Shown: in pieces, positions 13,401-24,650 of the stretch | How the letters are laid out: every line of letters begins with the position of its first letter | How positions within the stretch are numbered: the stretch's first letter is position 1 | Assembly (NCBI GenBank): GCA_905178155.1 | Contig: CAJINV010000016.1 | Coordinates: 773,386-837,385 of the forward strand | Direction of reading: 5' to 3' | DNA length: 64,000 bases | From: Amoebophrya sp. A120 | Lineage: Eukaryota > Protista > Dinoflagellata | Made by a program: the position numbers and the translations under genes | Notes under the pieces: model-generated | Seen by the model: only the letters and a program-made list of their open reading frames with translations | Databases searched by the model: none | Told to the model about the DNA's origin: nothing

Positions 13401-16400
13401 GACGCAAAATAAAGTGGGTACTTCACCAAAGAAGTCAATAGTTTTCCCCTCCATGAGAAGCCCAGATCCGCTCGTGGCGTGCAGCTGGGTAAGTTAGTAC
13501 TTGCAAACTCGTTTTTGTTACCTGTTTCTACAACTCCAGCCTTCTCTTTGGCATTTTTTCATGCTGATGTAAGCATGCTGATGCTGCTGAAGTCCAGATC
13601 TAAAATGGCTCCTGCGACGTTTCGATCAGTTTCACAGAAATAATTTTTCCATTTTCTCGTGCAGCACATCCATGTACTAGCTAAGAAAGTCAAAAAAAGA
13701 AGGTCCCCATGAAACAAATAACGACCACCAGGCCTCCTCACCCCTGACCCTAGTCGCCGTGGTCGGGTCCGCCGGCCTGGCGTTCCTCGTCAATTTGAGC
13801 ATTTTCCTGGTCATTGGAAAAACCGATGCGGTTAGCTACAATGTTCTCGGACACGCTAAATTGTGTTGTATTCTGATCTCCGGGTACCTAGTTTTCGGCG
13901 AGACGGCAACCTGGAAAAATTTGGCCGGGGTTGGACTCGCGGTTTGCGGTATCGTCACCTACACGCATATATCAAATGTAAAAATGTCTGGGTCTAGAAG
14001 ATTCTGAGACTTGTCATGCATGTTTTGCATGACCCAGGACGTCTGTAATGCACGCCCTAGCATCACAGATTTTTAGAGGGCTTCCTGATGCCTACTCCGC
14101 ATGACAAACGTCCTCCCCGCGTAGCACAATATGGGTAAAACACACGGAAAAGGAAGAGGCTACGACGGTAACAGTGGAGGAATGGAAAGGGAAAGAAGCA
14201 CACATGGCAACAATTGAAACGAGGCAGGACCACCTAAAGACAGAAGCTAGGGCAGAAGAGCGCAAATTCGTAGCGTATTGCAATAGCGCCATAAGAGCGA
14301 TAGAGATGGCGAAGAAGCAGCAACGCGAAGGGAGTGGAGGGGTGTGCGTGTGTTTGCTGGATTGCGATGAGATGAAAGAGAAAACGCGGGGGCTCCTGCG
14401 GAAGGAGCAAGGGATAGCGCTAGAGCTGCAGGAGGAAATAGAAAAAGCAGAGAAACAGAGCCCGGGCTTAATAATAGCCAGGCGCTGGGGGAAGCAGAAC
14501 GCGCCCAAAACCCTCGCAAAGAGAGAAGCACAAGGGGGCTATACAGAAGTGATACCCCTGAAGGTGGCAAACGTATCGAAGCACGATGACGAATATTCCG
14601 AATGGGTGCAGTACGACTTCAGTGCAAAAAATGTACCGACAAAACCGATCTGGGAATGGCCGGAAATGTCAAAAATAGAAAGACAAGTGCGCATCTACCG
14701 AAAGATAATAAGAGATGAGAAGAAAGAAGGGCAGATAACGGAGAAGGGAAGTGGTGGCGGCGAGGATGACAGAAGGAAAGGCAGCACAAGAGAGAGGAAG
14801 GGGAAGGGGGCAAGTAGCAGCGCGAAGGGAAACCCTCACCGCGGAGAAGGCCCCAAGGGGAACACTGCTCCAACAGACATGAACAGGGAGACAGACAGCG
14901 GGTCACTAGCGGAAACAATCAGAAAAATGGTAGAAGGGGAAAAGATAAGAGCACACAAAGAAGGAAGCGAAATGCTGCAGAGGGCGCTGGACATAATAGG
15001 AAGGGGCACAGACCTACTAGAAACAGCTGAAGACGTTCCACAAGAATCCCGCGCGACGTCGAGCAGCAGTACTAGGAGAGGCGTGCTGGAAGTAACAGAA
15101 GAGCGAAATGATTCACAAAAAGAAGAAAAGCGTGAAGAAGAAGAAGAAGCGTGCTTCTACTCGGCGCGGGAGTATCAGGGAAGCCGTCCAGGATACGCAT
15201 TCAAACTTGGGCGCTTCGGTATGGGGTATCATAAGGATCAAGGACCGGAGGAGGCAACGCGGGAAATGTTCCAAAAAATTACAATAGGGGGGCTAGGAGG
15301 CAAACTGCCCAAGAGGGAAGCCGCGAAAGAACAGAAAACAACGAGCAAAGAAATCGCAGAAGCTGCGACGCGACACGATAAGAAGACGCAGCAAGTGAGC
15401 CAAGTGCCGGAGGAGGGGGAGGAAAGAAACAAAAGCGACACCAAGAGAAGCAGCCGAGCCAGGCGGAGAGGGGGGATTTGGAGGACTGAGACAGAAAATC
15501 GCCCAAGATAAAAGCGAAACAGAGATGGTGAAAGAAGTTAAAAAGGAAGAAAAAAAATTCCCAACGCTGAAGGAGCTGAACGAGAGAGACCGGAAGCGGG
15601 ACCGCGAGGAGGCAACGGAGCGGGAGGAGGAGCGCAAGCGGCAGGAGGAAAGGAGATCTGTGAAAAGAATGAAATATGAAAACCCATTACAAGAAGAGTT
15701 AGCCAAGATGTATAGGGACAAGCACTGAGAAACAATGACGAAGGAAATATATTAAAAAAGAAAGAGAACAGAGAACGAAACAAAACGACGCGAAATGGGG
15801 GCGCAGTGTTCTGGGTGTCGGCGGAGGGAAGAGGAAACAGAGGAAAGAAAAAGAAAGAGAAGAAAGAAAGTGGTCCCTTTGGTTGTCTCAGCTAGCCCGC
15901 AAGGGCTCCGCTCCCGCTAGCTGAAAAGCACGGCGCTGCTAATCATCTCGTCCTCGCCAGCCGGTAGGCACGGCGCTGCTATCCTGTCGTCGTCATTGCG
16001 TCTTTTTTACTAGCGAGTGGAAACAGGGTTGCTAAGTCAAAGACTGCGCTAAGGCAGCGCCCCCCCTTCCCCAAGGGGTCCCCCCGGGGCGGGCGCGGTG
16101 GCGGCTCTGCCAACGCGGAGCTTCAAAGTCCGACTCTACCTATGCGTATACAAAGGGTGCGCGGAAATAGGTCGGTAAAGTGCTTGAAAGGGGCATGCTT
16201 TGGGGTTGCCCGTCATCGTGATAGGGTCAACGTGTGTGACCAATAGACCCCCTGTATATCTAGCGCGCAACCGCAGCAGCGTTCAAAGTTTGTAAGAATA
16301 ACCCAACAAGGCAACGCTGGAGCTCCACCTTGCTCGCGGGCTTGGATGGTAAATCAGGTCAGCCACATCTAGCGCCCACTGGCCGTGCACGCGTAAGAAA

Positions 16401-16745
16401 TCGGAAACGGTTCGGCGGATGCGGTCGGGTGGTGCCTGTAGGACGTGGAACGGGTGTCCACCTAGGGTATTGGCAGAGGCTAGATCTGTTCTAGCGCCAC
16501 GGTATTGGCAGAGGCTAAATCTGTTCTAGCGCCACCCTGACAGGAGTCAAATGTCAAAGCGATACGATACGCGTAGCACGAACTAGACTCCTGGCTCTTG
16601 CTGGTCATGCAATACAGATTTTTTTAGAGTCCAAAGTTAGTATCACAAGTTCCAATCTTCCAGACCCAGACACTTTTGCATTTGATAGCATCTAAAGATA
16701 ACCGCCGGGCAGAGCGCTGCGACGGCGGGGAAGAAGGGAAAGTGA
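10471..16745 (+). CDS. SLC35E3: Nucleotide-sugar / TPT-family transporter, SLC35E3-like
   Basis: Spliced translation: YMSLNFAVSVLIVWVNKFAFQQGFRWNISLTTLHFLFT...[35 protein letters not shown]...STSFYQIWVK...APQLLYNQS...AFLVNLSIFLVIGKTDAVSYNVLGHAKLC...YTH(L/I)KITAG...KKGK*. Six introners; the start and first exons are less certain. Confidence 0.85.
10661..10918. mobile_element. Introner family A
   Basis: DR atctt/atctt; interior is the reverse complement of 56886-57143. Confidence 0.9.
11252..11513. mobile_element. Introner family A
   Basis: DR gattg/gattg. Confidence 0.9.
11556..11740. mobile_element. Highly degenerate introner
   Basis: TAT...ATA, DR ttccg/cgccg; removal gives GFRWNISLTTLHF. 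Confidence 0.65.
12131..12409. mobile_element. Introner family B
   Basis: DR ctgca/ctgca; splits NLSLQ|YN. Confidence 0.92.
12458..12709. mobile_element. Introner family A (TAC start)
   Basis: DR taacc/taacc; splits KVLT|TP. Confidence 0.92.
14129..15511 (+). CDS. 5'-truncated purine-rich ORF carried by the nested element
   Basis: The frame is open from the insertion boundary to TAA at 15511; Lys/Glu/Arg rich; contains FYSAREYQGSRPGYAFKLGRFGMGYHKD. No RT or transposase motif seen. Confidence 0.55.
   Translation: MWVKHTEKEEATTVTVEEWKGKEAHMATIETRQDHLKTEARAEERKFVAYCNSAIRAIEMAKKQQREGSGGVCVCLLDCDEMKEKTRGLLRKEQGIALELQEEIEKAEKQSPGLIIARRWGKQNAPKTLAKREAQGGYTEVIPLKVANVSKHDDEYSEWVQYDFSAKNVPTKPIWEWPEMSKIERQVRIYRKIIRDEKKEGQITEKGSGGGEDDRRKGSTRERKGKGASSSAKGNPHRGEGPKGNTAPTDMNRETDSGSLAETIRKMVEGEKIRAHKEGSEMLQRALDIIGRGTDLLETAEDVPQESRATSSSSTRRGVLEVTEERNDSQKEEKREEEEEACFYSAREYQGSRPGYAFKLGRFGMGYHKDQGPEEATREMFQKITIGGLGGKLPKREAAKEQKTTSKEIAEAATRHDKKTQQVSQVPEEGEERNKSDTKRSSRARRRGGIWRTETENRPR
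16466..16535. repeat. 35-bp tandem duplication
   Basis: ggtattggcagaggctaratctgttctagcgccac x2. Confidence 0.9.
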
Positions 16746-17292
16746 AGATCTGAGGGTTTCATGTTTCTGAGCGGGAACAACTACCCGCAGGACCAGGAGC
16801 GAAGGTTCTCGGTAAGTACCCGGCAAAATTTTGAAATCATCATCATGTGTCTGTGTAGCGTTTGTGTATTAAAAGCTTAAGCGTGTAAAAATTTGTAGAG
16901 CGTTAATGTACCAATACGACCTGAGCACAGCCAGGCCGCTTGCTGCATGACCATGAACGAAATTGAACGTACATCGTATCCTGCTTCTGGGGACAGTTTG
17001 AGCTTTGCTGCGTATGTCAAAGAAAAATATTACGAATGACTGCGCCAGGACGAGCTCGTTTCCGTTTGAAATTAGCATTGATTTGTTCGGTCCCTGGCAC
17101 TGCGACGGGCTTTTGGTGCGCTGCGCTCGGCGATAATAGTATGGAACAAGAAGCGATCTTCAGACAAGTCACGGTCCGAGATCGTAAAGAGAGGCTTGAC
17201 CTCCACCTAGTGGGAAAGAAAGTACTTAAGTAAATCAGGACTATCTATACTGCAGTTCCGACTGTGTAGTTTGTGACCACGATCTTGGGAAA

Positions 17293-17340
17293 GATAAAGA
17301 TCCCGAAGTATAGAGGGATAAAGATCCCGAAGTATAGAGG
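17293..17340. repeat. 24-bp tandem duplication
   Basis: gataaagatcccgaagtatagagg x2. Confidence 0.9.
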
Positions 17341-17793
17341 CTGCAGTGAGTAGTGCGCAAAAACAATCGAAGATCTTGCTGGCACGAAATAGTGCAGATC
17401 TTGGAAATGATGAAATCTTTTTTCATTGGTACAAATGATATGCAGTAGGGTCATCAAGATTCAAAGATCATCAAGAACAAACCCGGCAGGTGGACATGTT
17501 TTGTTCTGCAGCTGAAAATACCCTCTTGCTCTTCTCGAACGCAGATATTCTTTTCCTTTTTAGCGCAGTGATTGATAGTATTAAAGGGGAGTGAGACCAC
17601 GCGCACAGTTCCTCTTTCGCTTTCAGCTAGAAGTCCTTTTCCTGTACCTCAAAAGAGTTTAGGTAGCGATTGTCGAATCTTCGGCACTTTTTACTTTGTA
17701 TTCGAACCGATTTTCGACGACACACGCAAAACAACGGTGGTGAAATAAAGTTTCAGCAATATACTTCTGAAAGAACCGAAATCTTAAACCATC

Positions 17794-18391
17794 ATGGGCA
17801 AAAGCGCGAAGTTTATGCGAGTGGCTTCACACGAGAAGCAGAAGCGCGTTTTGAAGAACAAGGACTGGCGAGACAACGGGCTGAAACAGGCCAGAATAGA
17901 CGCGAAGAGGGAAAAACGGAGCAAGGCCGCACTGGTTTTCGGAACTGAAAGGAGGACAGAGAAGGGAGAATCTGGAATAAGTAGTACGAAGGCAATTAGG
18001 GCGGACCCGACGGCCGCTCAAGGCACACCAGGAGGTACGTAGTTGTCACTTTCTGGATAGAAGTTCTCTACGATAATCTTCTTAGAAGAGAGTTTAAAAG
18101 TTGAGTTCCAAGAAGAGCATCATCAAAACCAGAAGATATGGTGCTGTTGTTTGTCATTGTCATACTCCTAGCTTCGCACATCACAAAGACACTGACTACA
18201 ATCTTGTTACAACAGGGCTTCCCTTCGGGTCTGATATGATGGCGAAAATGCGGGCAAACGTAGCAGAGCAAGCTGTAGCGAAGGACGGGAACAACAAACC
18301 GCATCAAAGTGGGGCCAACATTATGACGGGACAAAAGCCGAAGTCGAAGAAAGTGAAAATGGGGAAAATCAAACTACGACAGGCGGCATAA
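17794..18391 (+). CDS. Small Lys/Arg-rich protein, probably two exons
   Basis: ORF MGKSAKFMRVASHEKQKR... ends near a GT donor (gaggtacgt, ~18035). A downstream exon ...LPFGSDMMAKMRANV...KIKLRQAA* follows acag at ~18215. Confidence 0.45.
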
Positions 18392-19520
18392 ATATCCTAG
18401 ATGCAGCTCGAAGATCATGAGCATGCGGGACACATCATAAACGACAAATTTTTCCGCCTGACAAGAATTGCACGAAGTCAAGAGCAGCACACTGTAACTG
18501 TTTCAAGCAGCTGTCAGAAATAATTCAGTAGGCGCAATAGCGAAGCATAAGCAGATAATGACTCTGACATCTTGTGGCCATGTGTGCAGTGTCTCGGGAC
18601 GGCTCTACTACTGCATAGGTCTAAGCAGATGTGCCCCAGTATGCTGCCGATGTTGTTCCCATGAATTGCCGCCCTTCATCATGATCATCATCATGTGATT
18701 TATTTCGGAAGTAGGTTCGTCAACTGTCTCTGTCTCCCAGCGGTTTTTTTGCCTGAGAAAGGAGTTATAACTAGACATCCATCGTGTACTAGTAAACCAG
18801 AAAGTGAAACGTCGACATTGCAAGTTTGTACTGAGAATTGCCGAAAACCGTAAGGAAGAACTTCGTACACCATCCGACGACAAGCCCCGAAATTGTCCGT
18901 CTAAAAAGATCGGTGAACTTGAGTCTGTCATCGGTTCGTTTTTTCTGCCAGAAAAAGTAGAATCAGAGCCTACCAGCCGTGCACCTGCTCGTTCAAGAAA
19001 GTGACATCAAGAAAAATCCTCGTGACCACCTAGAAAACGATCGGTTTCGTTTTTTCTGCAGCTCGAATTATGACGAAAAGCCTTCAGAATCAGAACAAAT
19101 TGAGTGCGTAAAAAATAAAGAGGTAGATGACATCGGTTCGTTTTTTTCTGCCAAGTATCACGTGAAGAATGAAGATGAATCTCAAAGGTGTATGGAAAGA
19201 CACACAAGTACCAGCCTCGTACGTACATGATACAACAACCCGATTATAGTGCCATCTGTAAAATAAATCACATTCATAATTTGTCCTCCACTACATAACA
19301 GTCCCTCCTGCGGATAATTCTACTCCAGAATTCCCCCACTAGATTACTTAGGTGTAGTAGTACTCCTGCTCAGCTGGATTGCTGAATTACAGCAACCGTC
19401 GTGACTTGTACAAAAACAAGTTTACTTTTTCCAAGTGACAAAACCATAGCACAAGCTAGAGCATAAAGTTGCAGTAGCACTTTTAGAAGCTTCGATCGAA
19501 AAGAAAAAAAACTCGAAAAA

Positions 19521-22500
19521 ATGCCGCCACGTCTGCAACGTGCGAACTCGCAGTCTATTGACGCGCAGCAGGTTATGCAGCGTCTGTCGACCGTCGAGGA
19601 CGATGTTTTGAACTCCCGTGATCACGCCGGTGGCGAAGGCGCAGTCGGCCAAGCCACGCAGCAGGGGTAAGACTTATATCAGTACTGGATTTTCTAATTC
19701 TAAACCTTGATACAAGATGATGTGCATAGAGATGAAGCATCTTTTTTCCACTATGGCGTCGTGTGTTTGTCGTCGCTGATTCAACATCTTGTTCGCCTTC
19801 TGTGTTTATTGTATCGCTGTCGCATCAAAATCAAAAACACCTTGATAATGAACAACATAACACGACAACTTGTAGGTGCGACCCGACGGGGTGCTTTGAG
19901 GGCATCTTCGGTGGCGCCTCGGACGTCGCGGACGACGGCGAGGTCGATGTGGTCCTGGTCGGTGGCGGGATCATGTCCGCCACCGTCGGTGTGCTGCTGC
20001 AGCAGCTGGAGCCCATATCCTAGGTAAAAACGTTCCCACCTCAGAGTAAAGATGGGGATTTTGCAAGACAAACCTACAAGTTTTGGGCGTCACGCATGAC
20101 AAATTTCAGTTCGTACTGTAGTGCAGATCAGCGTGGGCAGACGCATTACAAATCCATCTGCTTATCCTGTTTACAGCATTACAAATTTCAAAACACGACT
20201 GGAAATCATGCCTATCATGGGTATGCGCAACACAATTGTTCCTGTCATGCGAAATCAGCATGACAACCCTGAGGCGGGGCCGTTTTTACGCAGGATAGCC
20301 CACCTGGAAGATCCGCATGTACGAGCGGCTGTCGCAGTGCGGCGAGGAAGCTTCCAATGGGTGGAACAACGCGTATGGAGTTCTCAAATGTTACATTTTC
20401 AATTGTTACATGATTTGTCATGCAAAATTCCAACCGAAATCGACACGATCAAGCTGCTCCGCATGACAAATCCTCGAAAGGCCAAACAAGCTGAGAAACT
20501 GTTGCAAATCTGTCATGCAAGACGCGGAAGGTCACCCCGTCCACGTTTTCCATTCTTGCATCACAAATTCATGGAGCTATGCCGTTCCGGAGCCTGTGGA
20601 GGCTTGCCTCCTCAGCTATGCTGGACAATGGCAATGTCGGTGCGGTTGTTTTAGCATCACAAATTCATGGAAAAGTTGAGAATGTAACACTTGAGAGCGC
20701 CATAACGCGGGCACCGGGCACGCCGCGCTGTGCGAGCTGAACTACACCCCGGAGGTGAAGGGCGAAATCAACATCGAGAAGGCGGTGGCTATCAACGAAA
20801 AGTTCCAGGTGTCCCGCCAGTGGTGGGCCTGGCTGGTCACGCAGGGCGTGCTGTCGAGCGACACCGCGACCTTTATCAACAACACCCCGCACATGACTTT
20901 TGTGCACGGGGAGAAGAACGTCGACTTTCTGCGCCGCCGGTTCGCGTTGCTGAAAAAGGAGCCCTATCAACCGCAAAAATGTCTGGGTCTGGAAGATTGG
21001 AACACTTGTCATGCACATTTTGCATGAACGATCATGCCTGTAATGCATAACCTAGCATCAGAGATTTTGCGAGGGCTTCCTGATGCCTATACCCCATGAG
21101 GAATACCCCCTCCGCGTAGCATAAACTGGACTCCTCTTGCTCCTTACGCAATGCAGATTTTTTTGGAATCCAAAGACAGCATGACAAGTTTCATCCTCCC
21201 AGACCCAGACGTTTTTGCAGTTGATAAGTTCCTGTTCTCGGACATGGTCTATTCCGAGGACTCCCGGCAGATCAAACAGTATTATCCAAGCAAAAAACGT
21301 TGTTAGTGTAAATTTGTGATGCGCAACCTGCAAGATGATTGCGTCTGTCATGCTTGGCATGCGTCGTAGGGTCCAATAAAGGGCGTTTTCACGTACTATC
21401 TGCGCATGACAGGTTTTTGCTGTCATGCCAGACAAATTTGTAATGCTGTTCCTCCAAAAAAGTTACACCTACAATGTTTTTTTCTTGGATAAGTATAGAT
21501 AAATAGCTAGTTGGTCGTGTCGGATTCGTATGCATTCGGTTTGCTGGATTTGCGTATTTGCTAGTGATGCAGCTACAAATGCAAGTTTTTGTCATGCGTG
21601 TGTTCTTTACATCCATGGGACGCGGCTTCTTCGTGTGCTGTCATGCAAAAAGAAGGCAACTATTAAAACTAAAACTCCAGGTGGGCCCCGCTCCTGTACT
21701 CCGGCCGCCAGGGCAACGAGCCGATTGCGTGCACCTACTTCCAGAAGGGCACGGACGTCGACTACGGTGCGCTGACCAAGCAGCTGGTCACCGGATTTGT
21801 GCGCAACGGCGGACAGGTCCGCATGAATCACGATATCAAGGCCCTCGAGCAGATGCCGGACAAGTCCTGGAAGGTCACCGTCTACAAGCGCGACTTGAGC
21901 GCCGGGAGGCTCAGCGCCGTCAAGGCGAAGGTATAGTACTCTAGATGGACAGCTGTCATAGTGTTTTTCTTTTTCAGCGAGGGGGTTGAGGGTATAGGAT
22001 TTAGAGTGCACCACAAGCTTCCTACTAAGTAATATTGCTGGTTGAACATGAAAAACAAATCCTTCACACCAGTTCATCTTCGTCGGTGCTGGGGGTGCAT
22101 CGCTGCAGATCTTGCAGAAGTCGGGGATCCCGGAGATCCGCGGTTTCGGCGGCTTTCCCATCAGCGGCGAGTTCTTGGTTATGCAAAGAAAAAACTGTTT
22201 CACTGTGAACTTGTGATGCAGAAAATGGAACACAAAACCATTTGTCTTGCTACACCTGCAAGGCAGTGGATTTTCAAGCTTCTTTTCCCTTGGGAAGCGC
22301 GCATGGCAGATTTTCAGTGTCATGCGTAACAAACTTGTGATGCGGATCTTGCAAAATCATCACAGTGAAACAGTTTTTTCGTACGATATTGGTGTGCCAG
22401 AACCCAAATATCGTGAAGCAGCACCCGGCCAAGATCTACGGCAAGGCCGCCGTCGGCGCGCCACCCATGTCCGTGCCGCACTTGGACGCCCGAATCATCG

Positions 22501-23329
22501 ACGGCAAGCCCATGGTGCTCTTCGGACCCTATGCCGGCTTTTCGCCACGGTATGTTTACTACATTTTTGTTCTACTTGGCTATGGATGCGTGCTGCTGTG
22601 TGTGTGTTGCATGACTTTTGTCCTTATTTCTCATAGACCACAGCTCCATCGTGTTAATAAAGAGTTACTTCCATCAATTTGCAGGTACCTGAAGACCGGT
22701 TCTTTGACCGATATGTTTTCCACCCTGCGTCCGCACAACATCCTCCCCATGGCCGCCGCGGGCCTGCAGAACTTGGACTTGACGCTGTACCTGATCAAGG
22801 AACTCATGGCCTCCAAGGAGAAGAAGCTCCAGGCTCTGAAGGAGTTCATTCCGGACGCGCGGGCGGAGGACTGGACCATTGTCACCGCGGGGCAGCGTGT
22901 GCAGGTCATGAAGGCCGACGCAAAAAAGATAGGTACTTACTACTATTTGAGGTGTGATGTATCTTGTCATGCATGAAAACAAAGCGTACAAACAAGTAGT
23001 CGTAGTACACGAAGATGATTTCTTGTATAGCTCCTCTACAACGGTGGTGAAACTTCTGCGAAAATAACTGTACAGGTATTCTGCAGTTTGGCACCGAGGT
23101 GGTGGCCTCCGCCGACGGAACCATTGCGGGCTTACTCGGCGCTTCTCCCGGTGCGTCGGTGTCAACCCAAGTGGGCGTCGACGTTTTGTTGGGCTGCTTC
23201 CCGGACCGGGTGGCCGCCTGGACCCCGAAGTTTAAGCAGATGATTCCGTCCTTCGGCACCGAGCTCAGCTCGAACCCGGCCATGGCAGAAAAGATCATGG
23301 AGGCCAATGCCCGGATCTTGAAAATCTAA
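19521..23329 (+). CDS. mqo: Malate:quinone oxidoreductase (FAD-dependent, bacterial Mqo type)
   Basis: Motifs [100 protein letters not shown]. Five introners plus GT-AG introns. Confidence 0.95.
20016..20297. mobile_element. Introner family B
   Basis: DR gccca/gccca. Confidence 0.9.
20374..20704. mobile_element. Introner family G (TIR TATGGmGTTCTCAAmTGTTACATT) with a 78-bp nested insert
   Basis: DR acgcg/acgcg; splits WNNA|GTGH. Confidence 0.9.
20965..21226. mobile_element. Introner family A
   Basis: DR agccc/agttc; splits KEP|LF. Confidence 0.88.
21283..21491. mobile_element. TIR element at the donor site of a GT-AG intron
   Basis: tatccaagcaaaaaac...gttttttttcttggata, DR agtat/agtat. 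Confidence 0.8.
22180..22388. mobile_element. Introner family H (TIR core GAAAAAACTGTTTCACyGTGA)
   Basis: DR ttggt/ttggt. Confidence 0.9.
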
Positions 23330-24650
23330 TTTATTTCTACTGCGGTTTACTACTAGAGGATAATAAAGTAGTAGTCATAGGGAATGTTATGAATAGGAAG
23401 CACATGATTTGTTTCTTGTCAAAACAAGAATCTTCGGTTTCTCTTTCTGTAGTTTCATCAACAAAACGATAACGTAAAAGCAACAAGCAGTAGTGTCAGA
23501 ATCTTCTCGAAAAATCTATGCAGATATAGTATACCTGCGCACGACCACGACGAAAAAATATATGTACGATCGACTCTAACTAATTTTTGCGGTTTGTGAC
23601 GAGTGGTCACTCACAATCAACTAAGTTTCAAGCTAAGCGGCAACGGTTGCAGCCCCTGCACAGATGAGACCTGATTTAGGACAGCAAAAAACCTGGCTCA
23701 CAACCGAAATTCTGTAGGCTACTGAATCGTTTTTACTACAGGATGAAATGAAATGGACAGGAGCATTCTACATATTCTATTCAATCACACATGTTTTTGC
23801 AATATCTATTCTCTTCTTATCCGTATGCTGGTTCTATTGAACAATAATCTATCAAGCCCCTGTAACTCTATATGAAACCAGACGACACATCAATCTGCAG
23901 CAGAGTTGACCGCACTTTCTTGCCGCGCAATTATTTGCGCGGCAGGAATTTTGACGAAATCTCTGCTGCAAAAGCCCCCAAGTACCCTCTTCCTATGCCC
24001 AAACCTAACGAGGGTTGTCGCGGTCTGCACAGTAGACCGTAGGTTCGTCATCTTTTTATTTCGTCGTTTGCTTCATCACACACTTTTTTTACCATTTTTA
24101 ATATTCTGTGCGCCGTTACTAGTACAGCGACGAGCAAGGTCTTTAATAGTTTCCCCAAGTTTATTTGCTCTAGGGAGGTTAATACGGGAGTGGCAAAGAC
24201 TTCATAGTTTCTCCTCGAGGTTACGCTCTAGGAGGATGCGATATCACACGGGAAAAAAAAGATACTCTCTGCAGTAGACGTCTAAGGTGCTTCTAGAGGT
24301 CAAGCAGATTGTTTGTTGGCAGAAGATGAAAAAACAACTTGTTTCAAGCTCTTTTTCTCGGGAAAGAATGGTAAGAAAAAGCGAAAATAAACCCTCAGCA
24401 CTCGGCGATTTCGTACGCCGACGGTGGGGAACCAACCAAGACCTCGAGGTTTCCTGCTCGCGGGCAGCCGGTGGAGAAATAAATGTTCGTTGTCCTGTCA
24501 TGAAGATTAAGTACATTCAACGGTGTCGCAGTCTCAATATGCTCTTTCGCCGGACGTTCTTTTTGGCGGTTACTTTTCGTGGCAGGGGCCAATAACAAAG
24601 CTGATGTAGTTCCACAAGAAAGATAAATTCGTGACCAACAACATCAAAAA

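Larger units (their letters stand above)
14128..16569 (+). mobile_element. Nested 5'-truncated retroposon-like element
   Basis: TSD cgcgtagcac (14118-14127 / 16570-16579), truncated ORF, long 3' non-coding part, (gatac)2 end. Confidence 0.7.
13970..16687. mobile_element. Introner family A expanded by a nested 2.4-kb insertion
   Basis: Both TIRs present, DR gcata/gcatc. Confidence 0.85.

Noticed and set aside
18880-19230. Degenerate repeats containing atcggttcgttttttctgc
   Set aside because: Only 2-3 imperfect local copies, with no TIR/DR structure or clear coding role.
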